Positions 1 to 11,643 of a stretch of DNA of 32,000 nt are shown here, piece by piece. A program made the translations under genes and the position numbers. The notes below the pieces were generated by a model, which did not search any database, was not told the origin of the DNA, and worked only from the letters and a program-made list of their open reading frames with translations. How positions within the stretch are numbered: position 1 is the first letter of the stretch; each line of letters begins with the position of its first letter. Source of the DNA: Pasteurella multocida (GTDB taxonomy: Bacteria; Pseudomonadota; Gammaproteobacteria; Enterobacterales; Pasteurellaceae); NCBI RefSeq assembly GCF_900187275.1, contig NZ_LT906458.1:1650001-1682000 (forward strand). The letters are read 5' to 3'.

Positions 1-8
1 CAACAAAA

Positions 9-34
9 ATGCCTCTAAAATACTTTAGAGGCAT
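9..34 (-). terminator. Rho-independent terminator downstream of the PTS EIICB gene
   Basis: 11-bp perfect stem ATGCCTCTAAA/TTTAGAGGCAT with 4-nt loop, followed on the minus strand by TTTTTG. Confidence 0.85.
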
Positions 35-53
35 GCTATCTTGGACAAGAAAA

Positions 54-1547
54 TTAATCTTCTTTACCTAAAATTTGGTTAACTTCACTTTTGTATAACA
101 CCGCTTTTGCCCCAAAAATCGCTTGAATACCTCCACCAACTTCAAGAACATCAATTGCCCCTAATGCTTTTAAACGTGCTTTATCTACTGCTTTCACGTC
201 TTTGACATTTACACGTAAACGCGTAATACAAGCATCCACATGTTCAATATTTTCAGCCTTGCCTAATGCCTCAATAATGTGATGTGCATTTTCAGTTAAC
301 GAAGAGTTAGTCGATTCAACCACTTCTTCCTGTTCTTCAGCTCTGCCCGGTGTCATCACATCAAATTTCGTAATCAGAAAGCGGAAGCTAAAGTAATATA
401 ACATTGCCCAAAACACACCGACAACGACTACGAGGATCCAGTTTGTGTTTTCATTCCCCTGTAAAATGCCAAATAAAAGGAAATCAATAAAGCCACCCGA
501 GAAAGTATTACCAATCGAAATATTCAAGAAATCGGCAATAAAGAATGAAACACCATCTAAGAAAGCATGGAAAACATACAACCAAGGTGCCACAAATAAG
601 AACATAAATTCGATAGGTTCTGTGATGCCTGTAATAAACGACGTTAAGGCGGCCCCTAAAAACAAACCACCAATCAAACCACGACGTGCTTTAGGTACAC
701 AGTGATACATTGCCAAACAGGCGGCGGGTAAGCCAAACATCATAGTATCGAAACGCCCCGCGAAGAAGCGAGTCCCTTCAGTGAATAACCCTTGATGGTT
801 CGGATCAGCTAATTGTGCAAAAAAGATTTTTTGTGCCCCGATAATGGTTTCACCGTTTACAATTTCCGTTCCCCCTAACTCTGTATACCAAAAGAGCGGA
901 TAAATCATGTGATGTAATCCCACCGCTCCACTCAAACGCATCAAAAAGCCGTAAAAAAACGTCCCAATTGCGCCCATAGAGGCGATACCCTCACCCGCGG
1001 ATACTAGCCAACCTTGGAAAGTTGGCCAAATAAGGAAAAAGAGGAAACCAACAAAAATTGCCGCAAACGCGGTAACAATAGGAACAAATCGCGATCCACC
1101 AAAGAACCCTAGAATTTGGGGTAACTGGATATTATGGTAACGATTATGTAACTTCACGGTTAATAATCCCATCACTAATGATCCAATCACCCCCGTATCA
1201 ATCCCTTTCACTTCTGGCGAAAAAATACTGATTAAGGCATTAATGGTGCCCGTCATGATTAAATAACCGACTACCGCCGCTAATGCAGCGACCCCTTTAT
1301 CACGTTTAGCCAGACCAATGCCTAAACCGATACAAAGTAATAACGCCAGATTAGCAAAAACCACACTGCCTGCGGCAGACATAATTTGGAAAATGCCTTG
1401 TAACACGGGGTTATCTAAAACAGGATAGGCCTGTACCGTCGCTTTATTCGATAATGCACCACCAATCCCTAGTAGCAAACCTGCAGCAGGTAGAATGGCA
1501 ATTGGTAACATGAACGCTTTACCAATTTGTTGAAGCTGCTTAAACAT
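54..1547 (-). CDS. PTS transporter, glucose/maltose-type EIICB (EIIC domain plus C-terminal EIIB)
   Basis: ORF 54..1568. GITEPIEFMFLFVAP is an EIIC signature and DACITRLRVNVKDV is an EIIB phospho-Cys motif. The ATG at 1547 is preceded by AGGAG and is the likely start. Substrate is not determinable from sequence alone. Confidence 0.9.
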   Translation of the reverse strand: MFKQLQQIGKAFMLPIAILPAAGLLLGIGGALSNKATVQAYPVLDNPVLQGIFQIMSAAGSVVFANLALLLCIGLGIGLAKRDKGVAALAAVVGYLIMTGTINALISIFSPEVKGIDTGVIGSLVMGLLTVKLHNRYHNIQLPQILGFFGGSRFVPIVTAFAAIFVGFLFFLIWPTFQGWLVSAGEGIASMGAIGTFFYGFLMRLSGAVGLHHMIYPLFWYTELGGTEIVNGETIIGAQKIFFAQLADPNHQGLFTEGTRFFAGRFDTMMFGLPAACLAMYHCVPKARRGLIGGLFLGAALTSFITGITEPIEFMFLFVAPWLYVFHAFLDGVSFFIADFLNISIGNTFSGGFIDFLLFGILQGNENTNWILVVVVGVFWAMLYYFSFRFLITKFDVMTPGRAEEQEEVVESTNSSLTENAHHIIEALGKAENIEHVDACITRLRVNVKDVKAVDKARLKALGAIDVLEVGGGIQAIFGAKAVLYKSEVNQILGKED

Positions 1548-1608
1548 AATGATCTCCTCTTCACACACAATGATTTGTACTAGTTTACCGCGTTTCTTAA
1601 CCTAACAT

Positions 1609-1624
1609 AGTGAAGTTAATCACA
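1609..1624. promoter_or_regulatory. candidate CRP site upstream of the PTS gene
   Basis: AGTGA-AGTTAA-TCACA, 9/10 match to TGTGA-N6-TCACA. Confidence 0.5.
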
Positions 1625-1766
1625 TATTTATGATTTATCTCCTTATTTATCTTTGGAATGCTGCATAGAAGAAAAGAAATGAAATGTTTTTTGCTAACGA
1701 TTTTGTCAAGAAATTTAGTAAAATTTGCAGTAAAATGACCGCACTTTTAACTCGTTTTGGGAAACT

Positions 1767-2630
1767 ATGCCAATTTCTAAACAAAAATGGATTGCCTACG
1801 CACAGCTGATGCGATTTGATAAGCCAATTGGCACTTTACTCTTACTTTGGCCAACCCTTTGGGCATTATTTCTATCCGTCAAAGGCATGCCCGACTTGTC
1901 GATATTAAGTATTTTTGTCTTAGGCGTGATTTTTATGCGTGCCGCGGGTTGTGTGATTAATGATTATGCCGATCGTCATATTGATGGTGCCGTCAAACGC
2001 ACCTCAAAACGACCGTTAGCAACGGGAGCCGCCACACCTGAAGAAGCAAAATGGCTGTTTGTATTACTGGTCTTCTGTTCATTCATATTAGTACTCTTTT
2101 TAAATACTTATGCTATCGTCTTGTCATTTATTGCTGTCTTTTTAGCCTTTATCTACCCCTTTATGAAACGCTACACCCATTTGCCACAACTGTTTTTAGG
2201 CATGGCATTTGGCTGGTCGATTCCCATGGCATATGGCGCCTCGATTGAAGCCTTACCGCTTGAATGCTGGCTGTTATTTTTCGCCAATTTAACGTGGACA
2301 GTCGCCTATGACACGCAATACGCCATGGTAGATCGCGATGATGATTTACGCATTGGGGTAAAATCCACCGCCATTTTATTTGCCCAATATGACAATAAAA
2401 TCATCTCATTATTGCAAATCGTCACGTTATTTTTCTTAGGGCTAATTGGTTATCTTTCCCAGTTACATACCAGCTATTTTGTGGTGCTTTTCCTCGCCAC
2501 TTTGTTATTTGTCTATCAATGCAAGCTCATCAAAGATCGTGAACGAGAATCCTGTTTCAAAGCCTTTTTAAATAACAACTACTTTGGCGCAATGGTATTT
2601 GTGGCGTTTCTCTTTGGTCTTTTTTATTAA
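1767..2630 (+). CDS. ubiA: 4-hydroxybenzoate octaprenyltransferase
   Basis: UbiA family: [23 protein letters not shown] and [23 protein letters not shown] motifs; full-length 287 aa. Confidence 0.96.
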   Translation: MPISKQKWIAYAQLMRFDKPIGTLLLLWPTLWALFLSVKGMPDLSILSIFVLGVIFMRAAGCVINDYADRHIDGAVKRTSKRPLATGAATPEEAKWLFVLLVFCSFILVLFLNTYAIVLSFIAVFLAFIYPFMKRYTHLPQLFLGMAFGWSIPMAYGASIEALPLECWLLFFANLTWTVAYDTQYAMVDRDDDLRIGVKSTAILFAQYDNKIISLLQIVTLFFLGLIGYLSQLHTSYFVVLFLATLLFVYQCKLIKDRERESCFKAFLNNNYFGAMVFVAFLFGLFY

Positions 2631-2677
2631 TTTGAAAAGTCGTTTAAGATAACTAAGCGGCTTTTCTCTCTCATGCC

Positions 2678-2705
2678 CTTGATCTTTCCCATTTCATCGC
2701 CATAT
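2678..2705 (+). promoter_or_regulatory. candidate sigma-32 heat-shock promoter for hslVU
   Basis: CCCTTGATC -N13- CGCCATATA resembles the sigma-32 consensus CTTGAAA -N- CCCCATNT; 37 bp upstream of the hslV ATG. Confidence 0.55.
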
Positions 2706-2741
2706 AGTGCCTTATGATTTTGCAATAACAAAGGATACAAA

Positions 2742-3272
2742 ATGACAACGATTGTAAGTGTTCGCCGTAATGGTCAAGTTGTGGTCGGCGGTGATGGTCA
2801 AGTTTCATTAGGCAACACCGTGATGAAAGGCAATGCGCGTAAAGTGCGTCGTTTATATAATGGCAAAGTGTTAGCGGGATTTGCTGGTGGTACGGCGGAC
2901 GCGTTTACGTTATTTGAATTATTTGAACGTAAATTAGAAATGCATCAAGGGCATTTGTTGAAAAGTGCGGTGGAATTAGCTAAAGATTGGCGTACTGACC
3001 GTGCCTTACGTAAGTTAGAAGCGATGTTGATCGTGGCAGATGAAAAAGAAAGTTTAATTATTACGGGGATTGGTGATGTGGTGCAACCTGAAGCAGACCA
3101 GATTTTGGCGATTGGTTCAGGCGGTAATTTTGCGTTATCGGCAGCGCGTGCGTTAGTGGAAAATACAGAGTTATCTGCACGTGAGATTGTGGAAAAATCC
3201 TTAAAAATTGCAGGTGATATCTGCGTTTATACCAATACTCATTTTACCATTGAAGAATTACCTAATAGCTAG
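2742..3272 (+). CDS. hslV: ATP-dependent protease peptidase subunit HslV
   Basis: [38 protein letters not shown]; catalytic Thr2; followed directly by hslU. Confidence 0.98.
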   Translation: MTTIVSVRRNGQVVVGGDGQVSLGNTVMKGNARKVRRLYNGKVLAGFAGGTADAFTLFELFERKLEMHQGHLLKSAVELAKDWRTDRALRKLEAMLIVADEKESLIITGIGDVVQPEADQILAIGSGGNFALSAARALVENTELSAREIVEKSLKIAGDICVYTNTHFTIEELPNS

Positions 3273-3287
3273 GTCATAGGAGTAAAC

Positions 3288-4619
3288 ATGTCTGAAATGA
3301 CCCCAAGAGAAATTGTCTCTGAATTGGATCAACATATTATCGGTCAAGCCGATGCGAAAAGGGCGGTGGCGATTGCGTTGCGTAATCGTTGGCGAAGAAT
3401 GCAATTACAAGAGCCACTTCGCCACGAAGTGACACCGAAAAATATTTTAATGATTGGTCCAACAGGGGTAGGGAAAACCGAAATTGCTCGTCGTTTAGCC
3501 AAACTCGCCAATGCGCCTTTTATTAAAGTGGAAGCCACCAAATTTACCGAAGTGGGCTATGTCGGGAAAGAGGTGGATTCGATTATCCGTGATTTAACCG
3601 ACAGCGCGATGAAGCTAGTGCGTCAAACGGAGATTGAAAAAAATCGCTTCCGTGCCGAAGAAGCGGCAGAAGATCGTATTTTAGATGCCTTACTGCCACC
3701 TGCCAAAAATCAGTGGGGACAAGTAGAAGCCTCGGATAACAATAATGCAACTCGCCAAGTCTTCCGCAAAAAATTGCGTGAAGGGCAATTAGACGATAAA
3801 GAAATTGATATTGATGTTGCCGCCCCTTCTATGGGCGTGGAAATTATGGCGCCGCCGGGCATGGAAGAAATGACTAATCAATTGCAATCGATGTTCCAAA
3901 ATCTTTCAAGCGGACAAACCAAAAAACGCAAAATGAAAATTAAAGACGCGTTAAAAACCTTGATTGATGATGAAGCAGCAAAACTGATTAACCCTGAAGA
4001 TCTCAAACAAAAAGCCATTGATGCGGTGGAACAAAACGGGATTGTATTCATTGATGAGATCGACAAAATCTGTAAGAAAGGTGAATACAACTGTGCCGAT
4101 GTCTCGCGTGAAGGGGTGCAGCGTGATTTGCTACCATTAGTGGAAGGCACAACGGTCAGTACTAAGCACGGTATGGTGAAAACCGACCATATTCTCTTTA
4201 TTGCTTCGGGTGCATTCCAAGTGGCTCGCCCTTCGGATTTAATCCCTGAATTGCAAGGACGCTTACCAATTCGGGTGGAATTATCTGCCTTAAGTGCGGT
4301 GGATTTTGAAAGAATTTTAACCGAACCTAATGCTTCATTAACAGAACAATACAAAGCCTTGATGGCAACAGAAGGGGTGAACATTGAGTTTACTGGCGAA
4401 TCAATTAAGAAAATTGCCGAAGCAGCATTCCGCGTTAATGAGAAAACCGAAAATATCGGTGCGCGCCGTTTACACACGGTGATGGAGCGCTTAATGGATA
4501 AAATTTCCTTTAATGCCAGTGACATGCAAGGTCAAGTGGTACGCATTGATGAAGCTTATGTGATGGATGCACTAGGCGATGTAGTAGAAAACGAAGATTT
4601 AAGCCGTTTCATTTTATAA
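3288..4619 (+). CDS. hslU: ATP-dependent protease ATPase subunit HslU
   Basis: [37 protein letters not shown], Walker [10 protein letters not shown], 443 aa, 15-nt gap after hslV. Confidence 0.98.
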   Translation: MSEMTPREIVSELDQHIIGQADAKRAVAIALRNRWRRMQLQEPLRHEVTPKNILMIGPTGVGKTEIARRLAKLANAPFIKVEATKFTEVGYVGKEVDSIIRDLTDSAMKLVRQTEIEKNRFRAEEAAEDRILDALLPPAKNQWGQVEASDNNNATRQVFRKKLREGQLDDKEIDIDVAAPSMGVEIMAPPGMEEMTNQLQSMFQNLSSGQTKKRKMKIKDALKTLIDDEAAKLINPEDLKQKAIDAVEQNGIVFIDEIDKICKKGEYNCADVSREGVQRDLLPLVEGTTVSTKHGMVKTDHILFIASGAFQVARPSDLIPELQGRLPIRVELSALSAVDFERILTEPNASLTEQYKALMATEGVNIEFTGESIKKIAEAAFRVNEKTENIGARRLHTVMERLMDKISFNASDMQGQVVRIDEAYVMDALGDVVENEDLSRFIL

Positions 4620-4633
4620 TCTTGCTTAACGTA

Positions 4634-4669
4634 AAACCGCACTTTATTTGAATCAATAAAGTGCGGTTT
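4634..4669. terminator. bidirectional terminator built from an inverted pair of uptake sequences, between hslU and coaA
   Basis: AAACCGCACTTTATT / AATAAAGTGCGGTTT 15-bp perfect stem, TGAATC loop, followed by T-rich tract; each arm contains the AAGTGCGGT uptake core. Confidence 0.9.
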
Positions 4670-4699
4670 GTTTTTGTATGATTTCAATAGAAAGCAGAA

Positions 4700-5650
4700 C
4701 TATTTACGTAATTTCACCAACTCTACGGCATGATCTGTGCCTTTGGTCAGAATTAAATTGGCACGTTCTCTTGTCGGTAAAATATTTTCTCTTAAATTTA
4801 ACCCGTTAATTTCATCCCAAATCCGCCCTGCCGTACTGATCGCTTCAGGTTCTGATAAAGTAGCATAATGTTTAAAATACGAATTCGGATCGCTAAATGC
4901 GCTTTGACGGAATTTCAAAAAACGGCTGATATACCACGCTTTTAAGAGATCTTCATCTGCATCCACATAAATAGAAAAATCAACAAAATCAGAAACGAAA
5001 GTTTGACTAGAACGATCGCCTGTTTGTAGGACATTTAAGCCTTCTAAAATGAGAATATCAGGTTGATCCACCACATCAAATTGATCCGGTACGATATCAT
5101 AAATTAAATGGGAATAAACAGGCGCACTCACTTTTGGTTTACCTGATTTAATATCAGCTAAAAAACGCACTAAACGCGCCGTATCGTAAGAAACTGGAAA
5201 ACCTTTTTTATGTAAAAGATTGTCTTGTTGCAACTTAGCCAACGGATATAAAAAACCATCTGTCGTGATCAAATCCACTTTACGACGTTCTGGCCATTGG
5301 GAAAGTAACGATTGCAGAATACGTGCTGAAGTGCTTTTTCCGACGGCAACACTCCCTGCAATACTAATAATATAAGGTACTTTGTCAGGGTTGACGCCTA
5401 AAAAGCGATTCATCACTTGCTGACGCTGGATACGTTCTTCGATGTAATAATTAATTAAACGTACTAACGGCAAATAAATAGTTCGCACTTCATCTAAAGA
5501 AAGTTCTTCATTAATCCCAAGCAGGGGTTTTAAATCCTGTTCAGTTAAGGTTAACGGTACAGACTTTCTTAATTCAGCCCACTGCTCGCGGCTAAAAGAT
5601 AAAAAAGGGGTTAATTGATTTGATAAAAAAGTTGAATTTGTTAAGTCCAC
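4700..5650 (-). CDS. coaA: type I pantothenate kinase
   Basis: [66 protein letters not shown]; 316 aa. Confidence 0.97.
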   Translation of the reverse strand: MDLTNSTFLSNQLTPFLSFSREQWAELRKSVPLTLTEQDLKPLLGINEELSLDEVRTIYLPLVRLINYYIEERIQRQQVMNRFLGVNPDKVPYIISIAGSVAVGKSTSARILQSLLSQWPERRKVDLITTDGFLYPLAKLQQDNLLHKKGFPVSYDTARLVRFLADIKSGKPKVSAPVYSHLIYDIVPDQFDVVDQPDILILEGLNVLQTGDRSSQTFVSDFVDFSIYVDADEDLLKAWYISRFLKFRQSAFSDPNSYFKHYATLSEPEAISTAGRIWDEINGLNLRENILPTRERANLILTKGTDHAVELVKLRK

Positions 5651-5819
5651 AATCTGTTTAAGTTGTCACGTTGCAATAAATTGAGTATGAAATATACCCT
5701 ATAAATAGGTAAAAAAGGATAAAAATTTTACAAAACTGGCTACTTTATAAGAAAAGATGGGCTTTTTGAGTGATAAATAGACGAACAAGTAAAAAAATCA
5801 TTTTTTTTCAAAAAAACAC

Positions 5820-5847
5820 TTGTCAGCGATGAAAATTTCCCTATAAT
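5820..5847 (+). promoter_or_regulatory. candidate sigma-70 promoter for the tRNA-tuf operon
   Basis: TTGTCA -N16- TATAAT followed by a GC-containing discriminator (ACGCCTC), 22 nt upstream of the first tRNA. Confidence 0.7.
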
Positions 5848-5869
5848 ACGCCTCACTTGCTTACGAGAT

Positions 5870-5945
<76 letters not shown>

Positions 5946-5974
5946 TTCATTCTCGGCAAGTGTTCATTTAACGC

Positions 5975-6059
5975 GGAGGGATTCCCGAGCGGCCAAAGGG
6001 AGCAGACTGTAAATCTGCCGGCTCAGCCTTCGAAGGTTCGAATCCTTCTCCCTCCACCA
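5975..6059 (+). tRNA. tRNA-Tyr (anticodon GTA)
   Basis: GGAGGGATTCCCGAGCGGCC...GACTGTAAATCTG...long variable arm...CCTCCACCA; 85 nt. Confidence 0.97.
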
Positions 6060-6105
6060 TTTTTTAAATGAAACTAGTTCTGATGGGTCAGATGAATTTA
6101 GGACT

Positions 6106-6180
<75 letters not shown>

Positions 6181-6183
6181 AAC

Positions 6184-6259
6184 GCTGATATAGCTCAGTT
6201 GGTAGAGCGCACCCTTGGTAAGGGTGAGGTCGGCGGTTCAAATCCGCCTATCAGCACCA
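6184..6259 (+). tRNA. tRNA-Thr (anticodon GGT)
   Basis: GCTGATATAGCTCAGTTGGTAGAGCGCACCCTTGGTAAGGGTGAGGTCGGCGGTTCAAATCCGCCTATCAGCACCA. Confidence 0.97.
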
Positions 6260-6331
6260 GTCCTAGTATTTCCTTTCTGTCCTGTCCTTAATTAACAGCA
6301 AATTTGAATTTTGGTTAATGTGGTATATTGA

Positions 6332-7552
<1,221 letters not shown>

Positions 7553-7572
7553 TTTGGCTTAACATGCGAAAG

Positions 7573-7600
7573 AAGGCGTATCGAAAGATACGCCTTTTGT
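7573..7600 (+). terminator. terminator downstream of tuf
   Basis: AAGGCGTATC-GAAA-GATACGCCTTTT stem-tetraloop with T tail. Confidence 0.9.
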
Positions 7601-7674
7601 GTTTATCAAACACTTAACTTAAAAAGTAAAGAGATAAAAAGGCAAGGTTGATCCTCACCTTTTCACATAGCTGA

Positions 7675-9015
7675 TTATTTGGTTAAACGTTGATTAAGCA
7701 ACCACATAATCGCTTCAGGACTGTTAAACACCGCATCCCACGTGTTATGTGGATTGTTATTCACAATGCCATTATCTCCGGCTTGTTGCATCGTAAATTC
7801 AGTATATTTCACCTTGTCTGACTTCACTTCATCTTTCAAAATCGCATAATTGATGCGCGAACCTGCAACCGGCGAAACCTTATCTTCGATACTGTGGAAA
7901 AACCAAATTGGGGTATTTTTCAATGCCGATAAATGTTGTACGGACGCATTACCCTCTATCCATTCAAGCGTATTAGCCTCACGTCCACTCATTAATAACG
8001 CTCCCGCAAAAAAGTGCGGTCGTTTTTGTAATAAATATAATCCCCCTTCTGCCCCACGCGAGAGCCCAATAACATAGATCCGCTGTGTATCAATATTTGG
8101 GTGGCTAGCAATCACATCATCTAACAGCTTGAAAAGGAGTTGGTGACGATTGTCGGTTTGCCAATGGATACCGGTCTTATCGAAAGCATCAAAAACCGCA
8201 TCGTACTGAGGTGCCAAAACAAAACCGTCCTCATAAAGTAATGTGGCAATCGCACCTTTACTAGATAATAAATGTGCTAAATTATCTTTTCCTACCTGTC
8301 CAGAACCATGTAAAAATAAGGTTAATGGGTATTTTTTCCCGCTATCGACCGCGGGTTGATAAAAACGATATAAAAGTTGATTATCTTGCTGTGTATGCCA
8401 AACCCGATGCGCTGAGAAGTGATCTAGATAAGCGATGTTGATCTTTTCTTGCACTGCCGGTTGCTTAATTTCACTCGGCATCAGGGTTGTGCCATTGGTC
8501 AACTTTAACAAACCGGTTTGTTTAATACTGTATATTAATTTGTCACCATAAAACTCCGGCACACGATTTGCCTGCACCTTTTCGACTTCAATCATTTGCC
8601 CCGTTTTATCTTTTGCCTTAAATTTCATTGCCTGATTATTTTCCACTTTCAAAGCATAAAAATCGGCATTTTTATCACGTTCATCGAGTTCAAGGATCAC
8701 AAATTTTCCTGCTTGTGGGCGATGTGTTCGACTTGGTTGATTATTAACATAAGCCTTCAAGAGTGTTCTTGGTTCACTCGTGGTTTGCTCAAGTGCGGTC
8801 TGAATTTGATAAAGTTGACGTAGATCGGTGCCCGCCAAAATATTCGCCTCATATTCCAATGCAATCCCTGTAATCTTCGCCCCTTTTTCAGTGACATCAG
8901 CCAATAATGTTGCTTGGATCGCTTGTGGTGGCTTTGCTACATCTGGTATTTGTGTCGTTGCCATACTGACGAATGGAAAACTGACACAAGCTAAGATCAA
9001 AATTTGTCTTAACAT
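7675..9015 (-). CDS. putative secreted alpha/beta-hydrolase (esterase/depolymerase-like), 446 aa
   Basis: N-terminal signal-peptide-like MLRQILILACVSFPFVSMATT; oxyanion FLHGSGQVG; nucleophile elbow GLSRG; late HN...WD...F region. Substrate unknown. Confidence 0.8.
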   Translation of the reverse strand: MLRQILILACVSFPFVSMATTQIPDVAKPPQAIQATLLADVTEKGAKITGIALEYEANILAGTDLRQLYQIQTALEQTTSEPRTLLKAYVNNQPSRTHRPQAGKFVILELDERDKNADFYALKVENNQAMKFKAKDKTGQMIEVEKVQANRVPEFYGDKLIYSIKQTGLLKLTNGTTLMPSEIKQPAVQEKINIAYLDHFSAHRVWHTQQDNQLLYRFYQPAVDSGKKYPLTLFLHGSGQVGKDNLAHLLSSKGAIATLLYEDGFVLAPQYDAVFDAFDKTGIHWQTDNRHQLLFKLLDDVIASHPNIDTQRIYVIGLSRGAEGGLYLLQKRPHFFAGALLMSGREANTLEWIEGNASVQHLSALKNTPIWFFHSIEDKVSPVAGSRINYAILKDEVKSDKVKYTEFTMQQAGDNGIVNNNPHNTWDAVFNSPEAIMWLLNQRLTK

Positions 9016-9034
9016 AATTTCTCTCCCTAAAAAA

Positions 9035-9066
9035 ATAGCAACAAGCCCTCCTCGCCTTGTTGCTAT
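9035..9066 (-). terminator. terminator downstream of the GntP permease gene
   Basis: ATAGCAACAAG / CTTGTTGCTAT 11-bp stem, 10-nt loop, followed on the minus strand by TTTTTTT. Confidence 0.85.
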
Positions 9067-9079
9067 CTTTGTTTAACCC

Positions 9080-10546
9080 TTAGAGTTTTTTACTCTGTAA
9101 ATTGACATAAAGCAGAATTCCCGCCAACACACCGAGCGGTAACACCAAGTCTGTAATCGAACCATCATTGCCCCAAACTAAGTTCGCCAAAATCACTGAG
9201 CTACCACCAATTGCCCATGCGATTGTCGTTGGTACAGACCAAACAATCATTTGTTTCTTCACATCATTAATGCCCATCATGCGGTTCACGACCCAGAACA
9301 AGCTGTCATTAAAATAACCGAAGAACAAGGAGCCCATAGTCGCAGCCTGTGCCGCGAGTAACATATTCACCCCCGGAATCTGTGCTAGAATTGGCGCAGA
9401 AATCGAAGCCGCAGTGATCATAGCTACCGTACCTGAGCCCTGAATAAAGCGTACTAATGTTGAAACAATAAACGGAATCAAGATAGGTGAAATAGGTAAG
9501 GCAGCAACTTGTTCTGCCAATTCTTTACCCGCTCCACTATCACGTAATACCGCACCGAGCGCACCACCAGCACCCGTTACTAATAAAATAATGCCCGCCG
9601 TTTTTACCCCTTCTTCTAAATGCAGTGCTGTCGTGGTTTTATCGGCTTTAGGCAATAATGTGTACACAGCGACTAACACACTGATTGCAAGAGCAATCAT
9701 CGGATGACCAATAAAGTTAAACACTTGGTATAGGGTGTTTTGTGCAAGTTCAGGAGTGTTTTTAGCCAGTAAACCTAAAATGGCTTTAATGAAAATAAGC
9801 GCAATCGGTAAAACAATCGGTAATAATGATAAACCTAAACTTGGTAAGTTTTTCTTCTCACGGCTTTCAATATAATCATCATACTTTTGTTTTAATTCTT
9901 CTTGACTAAACACTTCCTGATTAAAGGTTGGATACTTTTTGTCTAACCATTTAGCATACAGCACCATCCCAACTACAGGTAAAACGGCCAACGACATCCC
10001 GACTAATAACATTGCCCCAATATCAACATTAAATAAGCCGGCTACACCTAATGGACCGGGTGTTGGAGGAACAGTATGGTGCGTAACAACTAAGCCACCT
10101 GCTAATGCTACCCCTAAAGTCAATAAAGAACGTTTCCCATTTTTAGCTAACGCTTTTGCTACTGGATACAAAATCACAAAGGCTGAATCCACAAAGATTG
10201 GAATACTCACAATATAGCCAGTAATAGCCAATGCCCATTCTTCCTTCTTCTTGCCTAAAAACTTAATAAAGCTATAAGCCATTTTCTCTGCGGCACCCGA
10301 AACCTCAAGGATACTTCCCATCATGACACCGAGTCCAATTACAATACCAATCCCCCCTAACGTGCCTCCAAAGCCTTTGGTAATTGCACCCAGTGTTTGG
10401 TCAACATTCATCCCACCAATAAGCCCTGCTATCGCTGCCGCAATTAACATGGCAATAAAAGCATGAACGCGCGTTCTTAACACTAAAAAGACGAGCACAA
10501 AAACGGCCACTAATAAGCCGATTATTGGAATAGGTAATCCAAACAT
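9080..10546 (-). CDS. GntP-family permease (acid-sugar/gluconate type)
   Basis: MFGLPIPIIGLLVAVFVLVFLVLRTR...HHTVPPTPGPLGVAGLFNVDIG...GSGTVAMITAASI; adjacent to denD; 488 aa. Confidence 0.93.
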   Translation of the reverse strand: MFGLPIPIIGLLVAVFVLVFLVLRTRVHAFIAMLIAAAIAGLIGGMNVDQTLGAITKGFGGTLGGIGIVIGLGVMMGSILEVSGAAEKMAYSFIKFLGKKKEEWALAITGYIVSIPIFVDSAFVILYPVAKALAKNGKRSLLTLGVALAGGLVVTHHTVPPTPGPLGVAGLFNVDIGAMLLVGMSLAVLPVVGMVLYAKWLDKKYPTFNQEVFSQEELKQKYDDYIESREKKNLPSLGLSLLPIVLPIALIFIKAILGLLAKNTPELAQNTLYQVFNFIGHPMIALAISVLVAVYTLLPKADKTTTALHLEEGVKTAGIILLVTGAGGALGAVLRDSGAGKELAEQVAALPISPILIPFIVSTLVRFIQGSGTVAMITAASISAPILAQIPGVNMLLAAQAATMGSLFFGYFNDSLFWVVNRMMGINDVKKQMIVWSVPTTIAWAIGGSSVILANLVWGNDGSITDLVLPLGVLAGILLYVNLQSKKL

Positions 10547-10557
10547 AACGCCTCCCG

Positions 10558-11505
10558 TTACATATCATATTGAATGAATTGTTGAATCACATCCGCAAAA
10601 CGTTGATCGGCATGGAAACCTAAACCAAGTGCGTGTGAACAGTTAATTGCCGCAGGCCAACTGGCAACAATATTGTTAATCCCTTCGTCAAATGCCACAT
10701 TGACATACTGTAAAATTGCATCCCCTTTTACCTTAGCTAACTCAGACAACATGTTTTCCACAGTCACAGTAAAGCCAGGTAAATTGATGACATGCCAATC
10801 TCTTGCAGGAAGAGAAGGTAGCTGAAGTGCGTGAATAAAATTATTCACGACTGTATTTGGACTTGATAGCCATAATTTTAATTGCACAGACACCGGGCAA
10901 ATCGCCATTTCGTTATGCAACGGCTCACGAATAATACTGCTCACAAATGAAGAAGCGGCTTTATTCGGTTTACCCGGACGAATACAAATGGTCGGCAAGC
11001 GAAGCACGATGCCGTCCACAAACCCTTTGCGGCTATAATCATTAATCAATAATTCACACATGGCTTTTTGTGTACCATAGGTGGATTGTGGTGTGACGGC
11101 AGTATGATCCTCAATAACGTCAGGTAGCTTTCCTCCATAGACAGCTAATGAGCTGGTAAAAATAAAACGAATCTTTGGATTACGACGGCGGCAGCATTCG
11201 AGTAAATGACGCGTCGCTAAGAAATTAATCTCATAGCCTAAATCAGGATCTTGTTCCGCATGGCTACTGACAATCGCCGCTAAATGGAAAATAGCGTCTG
11301 TCTGCTGATCAATAATCTCATCCAATCCTTCTGGCTGGCGTAAGTCCATTTCTATACAACGTACTCTGGGATCATAATTGGGTGCGATAGGCTTAATCAC
11401 ATCAATTAAAATCAGCTCATCGACTTGTACATGTGGATGGGATAACAAGGTTTTTGCTAAACGCTGTCCAAGGAATCCTTGCCCGCCCGTAATGATAATT
11501 TTCAT
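10558..11505 (-). CDS. denD: D-erythronate dehydrogenase-like NAD-dependent epimerase/dehydratase-family protein
   Basis: MKIIITGGQGFLGQRLAKTLL Rossmann start, YGTQKAMCELLINDYSRKGFVDGIVLRLPTICIRPGKPNKAASSF; context with otnK/otnC/otnI. Confidence 0.87.
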   Translation of the reverse strand: MKIIITGGQGFLGQRLAKTLLSHPHVQVDELILIDVIKPIAPNYDPRVRCIEMDLRQPEGLDEIIDQQTDAIFHLAAIVSSHAEQDPDLGYEINFLATRHLLECCRRRNPKIRFIFTSSLAVYGGKLPDVIEDHTAVTPQSTYGTQKAMCELLINDYSRKGFVDGIVLRLPTICIRPGKPNKAASSFVSSIIREPLHNEMAICPVSVQLKLWLSSPNTVVNNFIHALQLPSLPARDWHVINLPGFTVTVENMLSELAKVKGDAILQYVNVAFDEGINNIVASWPAAINCSHALGLGFHADQRFADVIQQFIQYDM

Positions 11506-11573
11506 CTTTTTCTCCTCAAAAATTCACCGCACTTTTGTTCACATTTCATGCAGTTTAAGGGTTATTATGTAAG

Positions 11574-11604
11574 AAATGCCCTACCCACTGACAACAGGGC
11601 ATTT
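11574..11604. terminator. possible terminator/attenuator between the membrane hydrolase gene and denD
   Basis: AAATGCCCT / AGGGCATTT 9-bp stem with 13-nt loop in a 138-nt intergenic gap; T-rich on both sides. Confidence 0.5.
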
Positions 11605-11643
11605 TTCGAATGAATAACAACACGACTGTGACGAAATAAAGGT

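Noticed and set aside
3878-4525. 215-aa minus-strand ORF inside hslU
   Set aside because: Fully antisense to a strongly supported conserved gene; no RBS or domain signal recognised.
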